Assembly (NCBI GenBank): GCA_951406725.2 | Contig: OX597825.1 | Coordinates: 69,750,001-69,814,000 of the forward strand | Reading direction: 5' to 3' | DNA from: Octopus vulgaris | Taxonomy: Eukaryota | DNA length: 64,000 bases | Part shown: positions 26,892 through 40,167 of the stretch, piece after piece | How the letters are laid out: each line of letters starts with the position of its first letter | How positions within the stretch are numbered: the first letter of the stretch is position 1 | The notes under the pieces: generated by a model | What the model was told of the DNA's origin: nothing | Databases searched by the model: none | The model's input: only the letters and a program-made list of their open reading frames with translations | Translations under genes and position numbers: made by a program

Positions 26892-27602
26892 TGCCTTTTA
26901 AGTGCTGTGGTTTTACTGAGATCTCCCTTTTAAGTAGAAAGAATAGCCATAACTCTTTGACTGCTATTTCTAAACTCGGTGTGTGGTGAGGCAAATTGTT
27001 GCTAAACCCTTAATTACTTAGTATTACTTAAACCTTCCTCGAATGGGGCTTTTACACGCCGAAATCTACTTGGTGAAATTAATGATTATTCCAAATTAAT
27101 TAATTTCACCCTATATTATTACTGATAACCATATTTCATCCCAGTAAATAACCACAACATCTTATCCTGGCAGCACGCTGGTGGGAGGAGGTTGGTGACA
27201 CAAACTTTCATTCACACTTTGAATTTGGTGATACTGGTAACGGCTTAAGCTCGCTCTGATACCATGAGTTGAGGTGATGTCTTCTAGTACCTCCAAATTT
27301 AATATACAATTATTCATAATTGTAGATTCCTACGCTGATGAGAAAAATAGTTGGGTAAGACATAATTATCTAATTTTTATGCTTTCCTAAGACTTAATTT
27401 CGAAACGTACGTCCGTAGGTGACTTAATATAGAATGATTGTCGTCATTGCTTTCTCTTTTGCCTGCGTTTGCCTTTTAAGTGCTGTAGTTTTACTGAGAT
27501 CTCCCTTTTAAGTAGAAAGAATAGCCATAACTCTTTGACTGCTATTTCTAAACTCGGTGTGTGGTGAGGCAAATTGTTGCTAAACCCTTAATTACTTAGT
27601 AT
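26892..27602 (+). mobile_element. 578-bp hammerhead-bearing unit with 133-bp terminal direct repeat (retrozyme or Penelope pseudo-LTR-like)
   Basis: 26892-27024 equals 27470-27602 with 1 mismatch; hammerhead at 27329-27419; TA-rich flanks. Confidence 0.82.
27329..27419 (+). ncRNA. Type I hammerhead ribozyme motif, canonical core
   Basis: cctacg-CTGATGA-gaaa...tttc-GAAAC-GTAC-GTC-cgtagg; 6-bp stem I, G-C closing stem II, palindromic ACGTACGT, GUC triplet at 27411-27413. Confidence 0.88.
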
Positions 27603-27629
27603 ATGCATATACATACATACACCTATATG

Positions 27630-27692
<63 letters not shown>

Positions 27693-27694
<2 letters not shown>

Positions 27695-28066
27695 CCGAAG
27701 TTGTCTGTATGTGGTACTAACACTATCTCCTCCGAGACCCTGCGGTGCAAGTTGACCAAAATTGACAGTATGATAGAAGAAGGGTTGCTCTTCATTCCGT
27801 AGAAGAAAAAAATTCAAATCGGACCATGTTAACACCAAAAATTTTTACATCAAAGAGGTGCATTTTCTTCTATGAAAATCCCTATATATTACGATTTTTT
27901 GATTGCTGTGTCGCCGTTTATCAGTGTATTTAAATCAGGAAAATTTTCACTTAAAGAGAATAACAAGCTACATAATGCAAAATTTTTACTTTTCAAAAAT
28001 TCCGATTCTAAAGGGTCGAAAAGAAGAAAAAAAACGAAAAGAAAACATACCCGGGCTATACTGCTA

Positions 28067-28067
<1 letters not shown>
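27693..28067 (+). mobile_element. Non-autonomous Helitron-like element, family H1
   Basis: Colinear with 11674-12053; ends ctgCTAG followed by t. Confidence 0.75.
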
Positions 28068-28109
<42 letters not shown>

Positions 28110-28189
28110 TATAAACACGCATACACGCACACAAACTCACAAAGTCACACACGCACATATATATATTACATACGTATATATGCGTGTAT

Positions 28190-28460
28190 AAGGTTGTGTA
28201 GTTTGAAACTTCATTCCCAACTACCTGGTTTACGCTTCAGTCCCGCTACGTGTCACCTTCGGTAAGTGACTTCAACTATAGCCTGCGGCTGACCAAAGCT
28301 TTGTTTGTGGATTTGCCAGACGGAAAACGAAAGGAGCCCGTAACGTACCAGGTCAGCGAATGTGACCGATAGAATAAATCCAGTCTTAATAAACAGGACG
28401 TGGGTCGATTAATTCGAGTTAAAAGTGGTACCCCAGCAGGGCCGCTGTTCCACAACATCT
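28190..28460 (+). mobile_element. SINE family C, degenerate
   Basis: ttcagtcccgctacgtgtcaccttcggtaagtg...gaccaaagctttg...gacggaaa. Confidence 0.65.
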
Positions 28461-28541
<81 letters not shown>

Positions 28542-28544
28542 CAG

Positions 28545-28670
28545 GTAACTGAGACAACGTGAGATAAAGTGTTTTGCACAAGAACAAACGCGCCGCGCTG
28601 TATTGGAATCGAATCCACGATCAAACAATCTTGAGTGCAACGGTCTAACCCCTAGGCCACGCGACTTCAC
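28545..28670 (-). mobile_element. tRNA/V-type SINE head fragment (D/E-like)
   Basis: gtgttttgcacaagaacaaacgc...ggaatcgaatcc...ctaacccctaggccacgcg. Confidence 0.65.
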
Positions 28671-28756
28671 ACACACACACATGTATATGTACGTACGTAT
28701 GTATATGTACGTATATATATATATATATATATACATATGCATATACATATAAATAC

Positions 28757-28792
<36 letters not shown>

Positions 28793-28811
28793 GTATATAT
28801 GTATGTATGTA

Positions 28812-28851
<40 letters not shown>

Positions 28852-28980
28852 TAAAAAGAATTCCAACCTTGTCTGATTTTCACGTTTTATTTACAATCTT
28901 ATAATGATATATTATAAGATAATATATTATAATTGAATAAAATAAAATGAAATAGTAGAATGTTAAATGTTCATTCTGAT

Positions 28981-29025
28981 TGAACTAGTACTTTCATGCA
29001 TTGAATTCTGCAATCTTCGGGTTCA
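28981..29025 (-). ncRNA. Minimal type I hammerhead motif (U4C core variant)
   Basis: Minus strand tgaac-CCGAAGA-t-tgca-gaattcaa-tgca-t-GAAA-GTAC-TA-gttca; 5-bp stem I, palindromic AGTACT. Confidence 0.68.
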
Positions 29026-30805
29026 TGTAGTAGTGTTGACAGTCATGCTTCACAATTTTTGACTGTAGCAAGATGATTGATTCTGTGCTATGTATGTATG
29101 TATGTATATATATATATATATATATATGTATTTATATATACATACATATTTTTCAGTTGCTTTCCAAACCAAGATATGTAAACACAGGCCCGTGGTAAAG
29201 CCACAATTCATTGTTTGTAAGTATTGACTTGCAGGTCACATTTTCTTTCGTGCTGCAGGTCCTTTAAGGTGCTAAAGTATTGTGGGAGAAACTATTCGAT
29301 CCCATTATATACGCATCTACAACGGAAATTATGTTCTCTTGAGAATAAGAAACTTTCGAATTTTTTTAGTGAAGCGTGTGATGTTCAGCCGGATGGAATT
29401 TACTCCAAAACGAATGTCTCTCCTATGACGAAAAAAACGCAGCTTTCTAAGATTCAATCGTCCAATTATAATTTATTACATTGCTGACAGTTATTCTATA
29501 TTTGTTTGGTTTACATAAATGTAGATTTTGTTCATTTGAAAAACTCCCGATACTGAACGAAACTGCTTGAAATAATCTTGAAGCGTAATTGCGGTGTGTG
29601 GTGTAACGTGAAAGAAAATTGGAGATCTTGGATGGAAATGGCTTGGGTTGCAACAGAGCCTAAAAGAAAATGGCTTAGACTGCAACAACACGTAGCAGAA
29701 ATGGTTTGGATTGCAACATAGCGTGCCATGGAATGTTGAGATGTCTTCATTTCTGAAAATATTTAGACTACACTTATGATGAAATCCTTCCACACTTGCA
29801 TAGAGAAAACGATTATTATGAGAGCGTCTAACTGGTTAATCTAACTTCTAGAAATATCAGCTAAATATTATTCAAATCATACATGCTTGTTTAAAAAAAA
29901 TAAACGAAAATCTTGAAGATGGTAATCCATAATCGTGAATGCACTATATATAGAAATGAAGAAATGTTCATGATTATACGCCCTTGATTAAAGGTCATCT
30001 ACATGAGTTGCTGTGTTTGCCAGAAAGACTGCTTCAATGTTGTTAATTCGTGGTGATATATTTGAAGTGTAACTGTACCTTAAGAGAGGAGAAATCTTCT
30101 AATGACTTGTAAAGCAACACTTAAACAGAATAAAAGGAACATACTTCTCCCTGGCGGTGTATCAATTATTATCACTCCCATTTATTGTGGCTTTTGATTG
30201 GTTCTTTAATTGTTGCTGTTGTTTCGTTTTATGTTAAGTTTGATAAAATGAAACTCATCAACAAACTACATCCTAGCCACGATTATCACATTTTATTATT
30301 TCAACGACTACAAGATGCGGATCTGGCAGAATCGTTAGCATCACCGTACATGCACAGTGGCATTTCTTTCGGCATTACTTTATTTTCCGTGTTCTAATTC
30401 CGCCAAGATCGACTCTGAATTTCATGTTTTGAGGGTCAATGTAATCACCTAGCCACTCTTAGCCGAAGAGTCATTCCATTGACGGTTATTAGAAAGGATT
30501 ATTTCAATGATTATTTCAATGTGTCCTTCCTACTTCAAGTAGTTTATGATTGAAAGGAAATTTGCATAATTTTTCTAGTATGCATGGTGACTACGTAGAA
30601 ACTACAACGCAGTACAGAATACACTCATAGACTTAACCAACGGTACGGGATAGACAGATGTAGGCGCAACAGTATCTCCGTAAACAAGAATAGGGTCATC
30701 AGCTAATACAGTTTCGGGCTTGAATTGCGATTTAATAAGTGACTAAGCAGAGGTTTCCATGTTGGCTAATCTATCAACTACAGAGCGGATAGAACACTCT
30801 GAGAT

Positions 30806-31206
30806 CTTTTTTTCTTCTTCTTTTAGCACCCCGTCGGTTACGACGATGAGGATTCCGGTTGATCCGAATCAACGGAACAGCCTGCTCGTGAAATTAACGT
30901 GTAAGTGGCTGAGCACTCCACAGACACGTGTACTATTAATGTAGTTCTCGGGGATATTCAGCGTGACACAGAGAGTGACAAGGCCGGCCCTTTGAAATAC
31001 AGGTACAACAGAAACAGGAAGTAAGAGCGAGAGAAAGTTGTGGTGAAAGAGTACAGCAGGGATCACCACCATCCCCTGCCGGAGCCTCGTGGAGCTTTTA
31101 GGTGTTTTCGCTCAATAAACACTCACAACGCCCGGTCTGGGAATCGAAACCACGATCCTATGACCGCGAGTCCACTGCCCTAACCACTGGGCCATTGCGC
31201 CTCCAC
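30806..31206 (-). mobile_element. tRNA-derived SINE family A, full length
   Basis: Matches 305-686; A/G-rich tail; 12-bp TSD acactctgagat at 30794-30805 and 31207-31218. Confidence 0.92.
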
Positions 31207-32199
31207 ACACTCTGAGATAACCAAGCATTCAATACTCTGAGCAACAAAATTGTATTTATTAGTGCAGTGCAAGTCGAAGAAAATGTTTTTGTGATTCCCT
31301 TGCACTATGAGAGATTTTGGCGTAGTTAACATTCTTGCAAGCATTCATGCTGTATCTCAATTTTCGAAATTCCTTCCTTCCTGTCACATGCATCGGATGG
31401 CATGTAAAGAATCATGGATACTAACTTCCTTTCAGATTAAAAGATTAAACTATTCAAGAACAGAAATTATGAAACGATATGTTAAAATTCAATTCTATTG
31501 TTATGAGTACAGAGGAACTTAAAACGAGAGTGCTAGTAAAAACTTTCCCAATATATCTACTGCAGGAAAAATAAAAATGAATTACAATTTTTCTTATATT
31601 TATAAGTAAAAGACCTGGTGCAGATTATAAATACTTTTGCACATTGTTACTTTATTCATGAGAATTATATAGAATTATTAAATGTAGTTGTATGTCTTTA
31701 GGGAAATGAAACCTTCATATGTTTTAATCTATTTCAGTTATTTGTATTTATTTGATATGACTAATATGGACCACCATTAATACGAGACACAAATAATTCC
31801 AATAACTTCAATTAGAAATTCTATTACTAGTCTTATTATCTTCATATATTTTTAAATGTCATTTATTAATAGAGTTGAACCATAACGAAGACGTTTCTTC
31901 GTAGCCTTTTAGAGGAAGTATTTCAAGAATTTTAAGTAATTTTTTTTTTTATCTGGGAATTGTTTTCGCTCATTCCCTGAACCAGTAATAGAACATAAAA
32001 GCAATCACTACAAAGTAGCAATAATATGGTTAGATATATCGAGCTTCTAATGTTTCCACCTCACAGCGAAGTGAACTAATCGTAGAAAGAATATTTAATG
32101 ACAAAATACATAGCAAGCAAGATTCAAAAAATTTGGATAGGAGTTCGATATACTGCATCGGAGTGTGAGACATTATAAACGCGTGTGTTTACCATTCCT

Positions 32200-32592
32200 T
32201 GTATAAATTTGATATATACTCCTTTCTGCCATTGGAGTGCGGTCGTGGTCTGGCACCACCTTAGTCGTACAAATCGATGCCACTACTTAATATTTTTTTT
32301 AAAGTTTGGCACCTATTATATTGGTATCTTTTGCCGAAATGCTGAATTACTAGGACGTAAACCTACCGACACTGGATTCAAGTGCTGAAAAAACAAACTC
32401 TGACAGAATTACACACACTCACACACGCGTGTATCTATATATGACGGGCTTTCATACCGTTTCCGTTTACCATATTCATTTAAAAAGTATTGATCGGCCG
32501 GGACTGCAGCAGAAGTCACATGTCCAGGTGTCCGCGCAATGTGACTGGGCCCCAAAACCTTGTGGGTACAAAATGAGTTTCTTAACCACATA
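32200..32592 (-). mobile_element. SINE family C, degenerate
   Basis: accaccttagtcg...ttttgccgaa...atatgacgggctttc...tttccgtttacc. Confidence 0.6.
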
Positions 32593-33591
32593 TTCATATG
32601 TGTACTTATTTCATGGTTTAATGACGTAATTAATAAAAGTAATTAAGATCTATTCTAAATTTATCTTTTAACCTCACTGAAACTCTATAATTTTCTACAT
32701 TTCAGCAGTCCTTAGACTGTCGTAGTAACACATCTGCCTTTGGGAAGAGATTGTTTTCGTCTCGCGACGACCATTTTTTTGTTTCTGGAGTAAATTACTG
32801 AGCGGGTCTACTCTTTCACACAATACAACATACCTGACTCTAAGAGAGAGAGAGGGGGGAAGGAGAAGGACAGTTAGAGAAGGAGAGTGAGAGAGACAGA
32901 TGTTGTCAAGCGATCTTGGGGGGACAAACACAAGCACACACACACACACACACACACACAACACTCACACATATATATATATACAGAACACAACACCAAC
33001 ACATATATATATATGTTTCCGTCTACCAAATCCACACACAAGGCTATGGTAGAAGGCACTTGCCCAAGGCATTGGTTCAATTGACTTACTACTCCTTAAC
33101 TGGTACTTATTTTGTCAACCCTGAAAGGATGAAAAGCAAGCCTGGCCTTGGTAAAATTTGAACTTGGAACGCGAAGACAGATGAAATACTGCTGGCATGC
33201 TAATGATTCTGCCAGTTTATGTATGTGTATGTATGTGTCTGTGTATATATCTGCATGTGTATGGATGACTATTTATATACATGTGTACGTATGTATGAGT
33301 ATATCCATGCATGTGTGTATATATATGTATATATGCGTGTGCGTAGATAGATATATGTGTATGTATGTGTATGTGTGTATATATAAATATGTATGTGTGT
33401 ATGTATATATATATATATATAAGTATAAATACATGTATATATACATAGAGAGAGATGTGGGTACATGTGAACTGGAGGGGATATGTATGTGTGGGTGTGT
33501 ATATATATATGTGTATGTATGTATATATACATGTGTATGTGTTTGTAAGTTTGTATGTGTGTATATATGAATATGTGTATACATATAGTTT

Positions 33592-33622
<31 letters not shown>

Positions 33623-33684
33623 ATGTATGTATACATATATATGTCTATGTATATATGTGAGCGTTGCATTATTTTTGTATATAT

Positions 33685-33858
33685 GTAACCACTACACACA
33701 TTTTTCTCTCCTTGTTTCTTTCTGTGTTCCTTTCTGTAGAAGAGCGTAGGCTCGAAACATTAATGACTTTTTCAATTCTCGAGCGTTATACTTATACATC
33801 TGTTTGTTTTCTACACCACCTGTCTTCGTCTTTTGTTTATTTCGTGAATTCTTCCCCT
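33685..33858 (+). mobile_element. About 180-bp element with variant hammerhead (33730-33765, decayed stem III/I)
   Basis: Copy of 14005-14180. Confidence 0.75.
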
Positions 33859-33865
33859 ATATCTA

Positions 33866-33958
<93 letters not shown>

Positions 33959-33988
33959 GCGAGAAAGAAGCAACAAGAATGGATAGGT

Positions 33989-34079
33989 TTTTAGTACAAT
34001 CGTTTCATACAAGGACAGGCTTTATTAAAAGTTGCAAAAATTACAGCATATAAACGTGTCCTGTACTCATCAGCTAAAA
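33989..34079 (-). ncRNA. Type I hammerhead ribozyme motif (inverted copy)
   Basis: Reverse complement of 34251-34341. Confidence 0.8.
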
Positions 34080-34250
34080 TACATGTGAGTTCTCTAGACA
34101 TCCTATTGGTTGAGGCTATACTCATGAAGTAGATAATTAAGTAACATAAACAGATTTCCAAAGTTCATTAAAGTTCTTTAAAGATGATGTACAGTCTTAT
34201 CACAGAATTTTAAAAAAGTTTTAACAGCATCACAGAGAAGGTGACATGTA

Positions 34251-34341
34251 TTTTAGCTGATGAGTACAGGACACGTTTATATGCTGTAATTTTTGCAACT
34301 TTTAATAAAGCCTGTCCTTGTATGAAACGATTGTACTAAAA
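34251..34341 (+). ncRNA. Type I hammerhead ribozyme motif, canonical core, long stem II
   Basis: ttttag-CTGATGA-gtacaggaca...tgtccttgtat-GAAAC-gatt-GTA-ctaaaa; 6-bp stem I, 10-bp stem II with one bulge, GUA triplet at 34333-34335. Confidence 0.82.
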
Positions 34342-34485
34342 ACCTATCCATTCTTGTTGCTTCTTTCTCGCTTATAATCACCCCACATTATTGTATTGTT
34401 AAAACAGTATAGTTTTTTTGGTGCATCTAAGTTAGGTACCATATTCAAGTAAATTCATTTAAATTAACTTGAATCTTTATTGCTT

Positions 34486-34529
<44 letters not shown>

Positions 34530-35100
34530 GAGAGAGAGAGAGTTTGCGTGTGTGTGTGTATGAGAGAGATGCATATATACTTTAACACTTCTATCAACAA
34601 ACATTTTTAACAAAAAAACATGTATTTTACACCTCATTAACATCACCACCACAGAAATCGAAAACCTAGAAAATTACTAAAAGAAAGAATTTGGAAAAAA
34701 ACATCTGGTCATTAGATTTCAGACCAAAGGTCATCTATTCAAATCACGTCACAAACACTCCTGTAACACTCCACCACCTCCCAACTCTACCCTTAATCTA
34801 GTATCTTGTGTTGACCATTCACTACATTCTTTCAGCTATCATTCAGCAACAGTCTTTCATTCCCACGATGATTAACAAACCCGAAAACCACCCGAAACAC
34901 ACCTAAATCCTATATATAAATCACAAAGCCCCAAAACTTCGGATTTTTTTTATAACGAAAGTGAGAAATTTCTCCCCAAAAGTTAACGGGGAACTTACTA
35001 GATCTATGAAATAAAACTTCATTTATTAAAAAATGAAAAAAAAAACAATAAATTAATCTTATTAGAACTACCAGTGGAGTCATTCTTATTCTTTTTTCTA

Positions 35101-35151
<51 letters not shown>

Positions 35152-35225
35152 TACACACACATATATATATATATATACACATATATATATATATACATAT
35201 ATATATATGAATATATACATATATA

Positions 35226-35263
<38 letters not shown>

Positions 35264-35277
35264 TATATACATATATA

Positions 35278-35318
<41 letters not shown>

Positions 35319-37947
35319 TTGCATGAAGATAGATAATTATCTGTGAAATGTTATTATCATCAGGTAGGTGTAATAACATTTCACAATATAACTGATATTC
35401 ATCTGCAATTTAGATTGACTCCCAAATTTTCGATTTTGTCTTTGATAGAATTTAAGGCTTCGAACTTTTGAAGAATTATTAGAATCTCGGTAAAGTATGT
35501 TGTGTTATGCTTTCTAACACTTTACTTTCTGTCTTCAATTTCCACTGAAGTTGACTTTACTTTTCATTTTATTTGCGATGCATAAATTGAAGTACCGACG
35601 AAGTGACGGTGCGGTTCAATGGAACCAACAACTCGCACTTCTCTTAAATTTGATGGCCTTCTGCTTGAATAAGAAACAATTTTTTAATAACATTTTTTTA
35701 ATATTATCCTAGTACAAATGCTACTACGTATTATATATTACTCAGTAATTAGAAAGAAGTAAATGATATACATTATCTCTTAAACATTTATATTGAACAA
35801 TCGATTAGTGTGAAAAAGAAATTCAATATAAAGTCTGGCATATACTGTATTGATGTATGAAAAATATAGCTTCAAGAAAACAGAGTCTTATGCAAAACGG
35901 TACATTCATATTAAAAGAGCGCAATTATCTTCTAAAGATATTGAATATTAAAGAACTATTGATATATTAACACATATTTGTTCCCAATATATACAAAAAT
36001 GAAACGCCAAAACGTGTAAATCTGATGAGGGATAATTGGAGTCGTATATCTTACCACTTGCTGTTTTTCTATTGCAAATCGATCTAAAGAAAATAATACC
36101 GTCGGTATTGGAAGAGTTAATAAGGTGCAAAGCATAAAACAATTCATTGGAAATAAAATATATTTTCTTTTAATTTCTTGTTTTGTTTTTTTTTTGTCTT
36201 TGTCTTTGTCTTTGGCTATTTAACTCTACTTTCTCAATTTCTCAGATAGTTTCAGATTTTCATCGGCAATTCTATACCATTGATTTCAAGCGCAAATAAT
36301 CTTCTGTTGTTTTCTCTGCAGCACATTTTAAATCATTTTCCAAGCAAAACAAAACTATGATTAGATTTGCTGAAATCTCATTATCTCTTCTTTGGTAGGC
36401 TAGAGCATGTTTTCTATTGCTCATATTAGTGTCAGTGGTTGTGGTGATGGTATAAGTGGTGATGTGACAGTGGTGGTGGTGGTGGTGGTGGTGGTGGTGG
36501 TAGTGTTGGTGGGTATGATGAGCTGAGGATTTATTTTCTCATTTGATACTATTGTTCACGTTGTTATGCTGAATTCAGTTTCTCATTCGATACGATGTTT
36601 TTATTACGGTAAAAGATGCATTCCATGCTGCAAGTTGTCCGGAGCAACAGACAAAAGGCAAAAAAAAAGAAGAAAAATGAAAGAGAGAAAAAGAAGAGAA
36701 AACTATTTTCCTAAAAGAGACAGTTACTCTTTGTTGAGATTTTCGCATCCCCTAGGCTTATTAGATCGTATCTCTGTCACACAAAACCACTGGCTAATTC
36801 TATCTTCTTCCAGACTTTTACCATATTCCCCATAAATCAACCTCTATAACATAACCACTCTCTTTCAGGCTTCCCCGCTCCCAATCCCTCCCTTTCTCTC
36901 TCTCTCTCTCCTTCTTTGACCTTTGTTTTCCTTCATTGCTATCCGAATTCTCTCATTTCACTCATTCCCTTCATAACTGTTACTTAACCGAAAACTTCTA
37001 AACCGGCATCAATTTTTTTTGGTCTTCCTCACGTGACGGAAGACAATGTCCCCTAAACACCAAAGTCCTCAACATTGATGGCAAATGAACTTAGTGTATG
37101 TTTTTATAAAACTTCTCAATGGAATAATTATCATAGACACAAAAATTCTCAATTTCCTCTGATTTAGGATTAATTAAATCTCAACCGTATCACTTTGTAT
37201 CAACAAATAGGGAAAGACATCGCTACAAGGCAGTATGGAATTATTAACAAACAGTTGATTGCTGTTTGGAAAACGGTATATTTTATTACACAACCTAGTG
37301 CACTGCAAAATTTTATCACAAACGTTGTTGTATTTGTTGTAGTTGCTGTTGTTGCTGTTGCTGCTGTTGTTGTTTTTATAATAAACTCTGTCATATGATA
37401 TCAACCGTTATTGAATTAAAAACAGAACAGTCATCGGTGAAATGTGTCGAGATATTTTGATAATGTCAGAATGTCAGCAGAATGAATAATATATGAAATT
37501 TACTGAATTGGAACACTGGGTGCATTTTTTAATAGCATTTTTATATTTGATTAATGTGCCGTAAAACACACCAGAGAAAATTGAATACACAGATTTTCAT
37601 CAATCAATAACTGGCGTCAAGATTAGCGGAAAAAGCAATACAAGCGCCTGGTTAATTTTAGACGTAATAATTAAGTATAAATTTTATTGAAATGTCGATT
37701 CATCTGAGTTTATTATTATTGTAACGTTAGTACTAACTTAGTATTAACATTTTATACTTTCTCAAAGACCGAAGATGTACTGAGTATGTTAATAATAATT
37801 TCAATAAGCAAGAACGCCAAAAATGTATGCAATACAGTTTGAAAATTATCATGCTTTATGTATATACATAAATATATATATATACATGTGTATATACATA
37901 TGTATATGTATATATTATATATAGTATATATTCAGTAAATATATACT

Positions 37948-38103
37948 ATGGCTGTGTGGTAAGTAGCTTGCTAACCAACCACATGGTTCCGGGTTCAGTC
38001 CCACTGCGTGGCATCTTGGGCAAGTGTCTTCTACTATAGCCTCGGACCGACCAATGCCTTGTGAGTAGATTTGGTAGACGGAAACTGAAAGAAGCCTGTT
38101 GTA

Positions 38104-38162
<59 letters not shown>

Positions 38163-38380
38163 ATGTGTTTATGTGTCTGTGTTTGTCCCCCTAGCATTGC
38201 TTGACAACCGATGCTGGTGTGTTTACGTCCCCGTCACTTAGCGGTTCGGCAAATGAGACCGATAGAATAAGTACTGGGCTTACAAAGAATAAGTCTCGAG
38301 GTCGAGTTGCTCGATTAAAGGTGGTGCTCCAGCATGGCCGCAGTCAAATGACTGAAACAAGTAAAAGAGTAAAAAGAGTA
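37948..38380 (+). mobile_element. SINE family C
   Basis: Colinear with 2560-2993. Confidence 0.9.
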
Positions 38381-38398
38381 TACTCTTTACTCTTCAAT

Positions 38399-38437
<39 letters not shown>

Positions 38438-38619
38438 TTATCTAGTTTCAGCTCACGAGCTGTGGCCATGCTGGGGCACCGCCTTTCAGTGTTGGTACAT
38501 GATTTTACTTCACGAATGCTTTTTAGCAATTGCCATTTGGTGCATGAGAGAGTTTGATGCAGTTGCCCTCATCTGCCCCTCCTGCCGTGAAGTTGGTTCA
38601 TCTGGGATACCTGACAGAA

Positions 38620-39605
38620 AGAGATCCAGTTTTATCTTGTTTGGTCATGTTGAATCTTGCCCTTCGTTAATAGTTTCTTTAGGTTATGTGGTTGCTTTTT
38701 GCTTAAAATAAGTGCTTGATTTGTTATTATGTTTTGTAATTTTTTACTGTTTTATGATTGGTAAATTTGTTTTGATGATGTTAAAATGTTTTGGCGATAC
38801 GGATTGGGTGTTACTAGGAATGGTATTGTGTTACTAGGAATGGTATTGTGTTACTTTGATGGGTTCGTCTTTTTCGTGTTGCACTAAATTGTTCTGATTG
38901 TATATCTTTTACACAATGTAGGCTATTTTCTATAAGTAGGGGAGGGTAATTTTGCTTAAGCAGAAATACTTTGATTTCTATAAATTGTATGTTTCTGGTG
39001 CTTGGATCGTTGACAATATTACAAATTTTCTTGGCTAGACAGAACGCGATGTTGCGTTTTTTGTGTTGTGTGGCATTATTTGAAATTTAGCTACTGGTGT
39101 GTATCTGTGCTTTTGTAATAAACATCAGTTGTGATTGTGATGTTGATTCTAATTACCATTATGTCAAGGAATGGTAACTGCGTGCTGTTTATTTCTTTTG
39201 TGAATTTGAGACTAGGGTATTGTGAATTTGAGACTAGGGTATAGATTATTGAGGAAGGTGCTGAATTCTTCCAAATTTTCTAGGGAATGGGTCCAAATTC
39301 GAAAACAGTCATCGAGGTATCTTTTCCATTTGTCCTCTACATGTCTTTCAATGGTCATGCCTTAGTTCTCTTCAACTTTTTTTTTATGTAGGTTTAGTTC
39401 CAATTTTCCCAGTACTGAGTTCGCGAAAACTGGAACAAAACGCGTCCCCATAGTTGTACCCCGAATTTGGAAGTATTTTGTCTTTTTCCGTTGAAAAAGG
39501 AATGGATTGTTTTCGAGGATGAGATGGACCGCGTCTAGTACGAAGGTTACTGTAAATCTACTGGGGATAGCTTCTCTACGTTTCTCAACTCGATATTTTA
39601 TGGCA
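38620..39605 (-). mobile_element. Penelope-like element reverse transcriptase relic
   Basis: Minus strand LILENNPF...YFQIRGTTMGTRFVPVFAN, KWKRYLDDCF, LPFLDIMV, TDVYYKSTDT: PLE-type RT motifs; stops present. Confidence 0.85.
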
Positions 39606-39612
39606 TATATTG

Positions 39613-39821
39613 GCAGCGAGCTGGCACAAATGTTAGCACGCCGGGTAACATTCTTAGCGGTATCTTGTCTGTCCTTACGTACTGAGTTCAAATTCCGCCG
39701 AGGTGAACTTTGCCTTTTATACTTTCGGGGTCGATAAATTAAGTGCTAGTTGCGTACTGGGGTCGATGTAATCGTCTGGCCATCTCCCACCATAATTTCG
39801 GGCTTTGAGCATAGAGAAGAA

Positions 39822-39822
<1 letters not shown>
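39613..39822 (+). mobile_element. SINE family B monomer, alternative tail
   Basis: ggcagcgagctggcacaaatgttagcacg...ctttcggggtcgataaattaag. Confidence 0.8.
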
Positions 39823-39853
<31 letters not shown>

Positions 39854-39875
39854 ATGTATTATATTAACATGTATA

Positions 39876-40078
39876 TTCTTTCCTTTATTTGTTTCACTCA
39901 TTTGACTGCGGCCATGCTGGAACACCGCCTTTAGTCGAAAAAATCGACCCCGGGACTTATTCTTTGTAAGCCTAATACTTATTCCATAATTGGCTTTTGC
40001 CGAACCGTTAAGTTAAGGGGATATAAATCACACCAACATCGGTTGTCAAGCGATGGTGTGTGCATAAACACAAACGTA

Positions 40079-40167
<89 letters not shown>

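Larger units (their letters stand above)
33959..34371. repeat. 128-bp inverted repeat with 157-bp spacer, each arm holding a hammerhead; Penelope-like inverted terminus
   Basis: 33959-34086 is the reverse complement of 34244-34371; insert lies between (TA)n tracts. Confidence 0.9.

Noticed and set aside
29636-29718. Three 20-bp repeats (aaatggYttRgRYtgcaaca) with about 11-bp variable spacers
   Set aside because: Too short and degenerate for CRISPR, eukaryotic context; likely a decayed 31-bp minisatellite
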